A stretch of DNA of 64,000 nt from Pristiophorus japonicus (lineage: Eukaryota), in the NCBI RefSeq assembly GCF_044704955.1, contig NC_091991.1:17856001-17920000 (forward strand). Reading direction: 5' to 3'. Both the position numbers and the translations under genes were made by a program. Shown one piece after another: positions 60,177-64,000 of this stretch. Each line of letters starts with the position of its first letter. Position 1 is the first letter of the stretch. The notes under the pieces are model-generated. The model worked only from the letters and a program-made list of their open reading frames with translations. It had not been told where the DNA came from and did no database searches.

Positions 60177-61839
60177 ACTAAGCATTCATTACAACCTCAA
60201 AAAGTAGAAAGGGTCATCACCTAAGCCCTAGTTAAGGTGTCACATATTTGGACGATCTGGATGAATGCTGTAACAATTTTGCTTGCTCATGTCACCACAT
60301 TAACCCAGGAGCAATGCATGCCTGCCAATCACAATAATTTATGTAGAATGGCATTGGATTGCATATTAGCTAATGTAAAGAAATACCAATGATGCTGGCA
60401 GCATGAGTAAGATACAAAGTCAACTTTGAGACCCTGCCCCCGCAAATACTACACAATGAGAAAATGTCAAATTTAGTCAGCAGCGAAAGACCCACAGTTA
60501 CAGTTTGGATTTTTATTTTGACAACGTGTGCGCAGCAAATAAACAACAAGTCCAATGGAGCCTAAATGGTACGGGATCACGAGGAAGTTAGATGTATGTT
60601 CTGAAGGGTCAAAGATCAGGAGGCGTGAGTACCAGCAACTCATGGTACTTATTCCTACACTAAAGCTTCACTCTTCTGGGTGCAATTAATAACCTCCGGG
60701 TGATTGGAGAATAGGGCAATTGTGCTCTTAGCTGGAATGGTTCCTACACATAAGCACAATGTGGCTCAAATGATCCGACAAAGTTGCCAAAAAACATCAC
60801 TGGGAATTCTCTCAGGGTTGGTCCCAATTGGTCTCTGTAACATCAGGGAAAAATCAGTGGAAACCCTAGGCACACCACGTCAGTACTTTCCCGGCAAGTA
60901 CGACTTACATCAAGCAGAGGTTTAAGGCACTCTATGCAGATTGCGTTGAAATGCAGCTCCAAAATGTAGATTAGCAAGTTTTTCTTATTAAGCATATCAT
61001 TAACATAAGAGAAAGTTGAGGAGGAGAAAAAGCTACTAAGGCCACTGAAGGATGCAGTTACACTCCAAGTGTAGGATTGGGGCAAAATAGCTTGACTTTG
61101 CATGAATGCTGCAGTTATAGAGGATAATTTTTTTGATTTCAAAATGCAAGATGGGTGGCCTTGCCGACATGCCTCAGATGTCAGGAACTGACAGGCGTGC
61201 TGTCCACAATCTCCAGATAACCGAGGCCACTGGGCAATGCTCCCACTGTCACTGCACCCTCATTCTCCCAGCCGAGCATACAAATACAGCTTCAATATTG
61301 TAGTAAGTGCCACATTGAGATATTACCATAAATGGATGTGTTACTTGTCAGGGACCTAACCCAGTGTAACCTCTTTAAACGTTTTTGCTTGTGTATGGGT
61401 AGGATGACATCGTTAAGTCACAATGTCTCTAATTGTGTAGCATAGGGGAACTGATAGCTCTGAGTTTTAGAAAAATGGCCTTGGGGCTGGTTTGACAGTT
61501 GTTTTAAAAATAACTTAAGTGATAAAGGTGATGTGATGTGTTGCCAGGGAAACAAAGAGAAGTTGCGGTTAGAGCAAGATACAGAATTGTCATGTGATAG
61601 TGATAGGAGAAGATGCAAAAGATTTGGATAAGGAACTTGGATTCAACCCGAGGAACGGGAGCTCCTCGCTGCAACTAGCTTATTCCCCAGGCTGAGCTTA
61701 TACTTGGTCTGCAGGTATTGCTTTACGTATCAATAAAGTGTCTCTCTGTAGGAACACTTTTTGGGGGGAGTCTTGAATTGACAAAGCACAAAGGACCATT
61801 TCAGCACCAACACCTCGTAGATTATTCCAAATGTTTGTT

Positions 61840-62720
61840 ACCCTTTCAGTAAATAAATATTTTCTCATCTACATTTTAAATTTAGTTTTCACGAATTTAA
61901 TGTCCCCTAACCCTACCATTATATCTTGAAATAATACTCTGAGTTTGCCTTATCTATACCATAAAGTATTTTATGGACCTCGGTGATGTTCTCCCTTTGC
62001 CACCTTTTCTCCACATAGAGGAGCCCAAACTGCTTCACTTTCCCTCACAGCTCATCTCCTTTATACTTGGGATCATTCTTGTTCTTCTCTGTATCTGAAG
62101 TATTCTGACCAAAATTACACCCAGCGCTCCAAATGTGGTTCTCCAGTGCATTATAAAATCTAAGCATAACCTCTGTTGATTTATACTGTATTACTATGGC
62201 CATATATCTCAATCGTCCATTCGCTATTTTAATCTACATTGTGTGACATTGAAAATGACAATACTATTGATACTCCCAGGTCCTTATCTAAGTCTTCCTA
62301 GGCTAATTCTAGTTCCTTCATTGTACACTGGCATTTTTCAATTTTTCATTTAATAACGATAGTGATAGGAAAAGGTGGAAAAGATTTGGATAAGGGATTC
62401 AACCAATTTATTTAATACGTTAATACTGTAAATCGCCCGTATTAAATTCTATTTTCCATTTGACCGTCTAGTTTCATAATTTACGTATCCTTCTTTGCAT
62501 TCTCTTTTCTTATTCTTCTCCTTATTTCAATATTGCCTGCACATTTAGCAAGCTTACAATTAGTCTCTGCATGCAGACAAATTATGTCGATACGAAACAA
62601 CAAAGGTCCACACACTGACCCCTGAAATGGTTTACACAATACTATTCTCCAGTCTGCCATTACACGCTCTAAAGTATTTTCCAGTTATTATTCACCATAT
62701 TATCCAATTCTATCCTGGAT
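61840..62720 (-). mobile_element. Ancient CR1-like LINE remnant
   Basis: Antisense of RPHLERWV*FWS, DKDLGV and GSVCGPLLFRI-like motifs, heavily decayed. Confidence 0.7.
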
Positions 62721-62989
62721 GCCGATGGTAATTAGAAGCAGAGGGGGAAAATTCATCATGTGCAGTAGTGCAAACCAGGCGATAGTGAATCGACAGTCTG
62801 TTTCACACTACAGCCACAATTTTTCCCATTGACTTCAATGAAAAGTGCAAAACCCCTTACCAATTTTTTATTGCCCCTTTTGAACTTCCGCCCAAGACAG
62901 ATTACACCCCCAGAATGCCCCTGTCAGAAAGAACCTAATTCTCTCAACATAATACTAACAACTGCAAACTACTTGCTTGGCATATCTTT

Positions 62990-64000
62990 GTCATGTGTGG
63001 CTTATTTGTCCGGTACCATTCTTATCTATCTAATCATAGCCAGAAAATCACTTGCAATGGCTTCTCTTCCCCCCCCCCCCCCCCCCCAACGTGTCATTAC
63101 CTCTGGTGTCCCGCAAGGATCTATCCTTGGGCCCCTCCCATACCTCATCGACACGCTGCCCCTTGGCGATGTCATCCAGAAACACAGCGTCAGTTTCCAC
63201 ATGTACGCTGATGACACCCAGCTCTACCTCACTACCACTTCTCTCGACCCCTCCACAGTATCTAAATTGTCAGACTGCTTGTCCGACATCCATTGCTGGA
63301 TGAGCAGAAATTTTCTCCAATTGATAATATTGGGAAGACCGAAGTCATTGTTTTTGGTCCTCGCCACAAACTCCGTTCCCTAGCCATTGACTCCATCCCT
63401 CTCCCCAACTCCTGTCTCAGGCAGAACCAGACTGTTCGCAAACTTGGTGTCATATTTGACCCTGAAATGAGCTTTCGATCACATATCCGCAGCATAACTA
63501 AAACCGCCTATTTCCGTAACATCGCCCGTCTCTGCCCTTGCCTCAGCTCATCCGCTGTCGAAGCCCTCATCTGTGCTTTGTTACCTCTAGACTTGACTAT
63601 TCCAATGCACTCCTGGCTGGTCTCCCACATTCTACCCTACGTAAACTAGAGGTCATCTAAAACTCGGCTGCCCGTGTCCTAACTCGCATCAAGTCCCGCT
63701 CACCCATCACCCTGTGCTCATTAGCCTACATTGACTTCCGGTTAAGCAACACCTCGATTTTAAAATTCTCATCCTTATTTTCAAATCCCTCCATGGTCTC
63801 TCCCCTCCCTATCTCTGTAATCTCTTCCAGCCCCACCATCCCCGAGATGTCTGCGCTCCTCTAATTCTGCTCTCCTGAGCATTCCATTTGTAATCGCTCA
63901 GCCATTGGTGGCCGTGCCTTCTGTTGCCTCGGCCCCAAGCTCTGGAACACCCTGCCTAAACCGCTCTGCCTCTCTACCTCTCTTTCCTCCTTCAAGATGC
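62990..64000 (+). mobile_element. L2-clade LINE RT and C-terminal region
   Basis: SGVPQGSILGP, FHMYADDTQLY, LSDIHCWMSRNFLQL, NIGKTEVIVFG, LGVIFD, HITLCS, GGRAF...PKLWNTLP. Confidence 0.92.

Noticed and set aside
1-64000. CRISPR array, operon or other prokaryotic system
   Set aside because: No regularly spaced repeat-spacer array; the content is eukaryotic TE sequence with spliceosomal signals.

Overview
This is vertebrate nuclear DNA, most likely from a shark or other elasmobranch. That is inferred from the mix of CR1 LINEs with 8-bp tails, a Deu-domain SINE and Mag-type Gypsy elements. About three quarters of the window is decayed, deeply nested transposable elements, and I can identify no intact host gene. 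Contents: many CR1 LINE copies (one near full length with ORF1 and APE-RT ORF2); three Gypsy/Mag LTR retrotransposons and two solo LTRs, all with 5-bp TSDs; three bipartite PIF/Harbinger elements (spliced Myb/SANT gene convergent with a HARBI1-like transposase) plus several Harbinger-type MITEs; RTE, L2 and Penelope remnants; and SINEs. There is one candidate host terminal exon (44258-44329, minus strand) and a 158-N assembly gap. Best leads: (1) a telomere-like array fused to the truncated 5' end of a CR1, in the orientation telomerase would produce; (2) CTCF-consensus motifs near the start of three unrelated LTR families; (3) a four-level Harbinger>Harbinger>CR1>Gypsy nest with readable TSDs; (4) an RTE-tailed SINE family, one copy with an apparent 5' inversion; (5) a Penelope hammerhead ribozyme split by a MITE; (6) a palindromic double splice donor in a MITE family; (7) a possible fossil IS3EU-like transposase. 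Family names come from motif recognition only; no database search was run.
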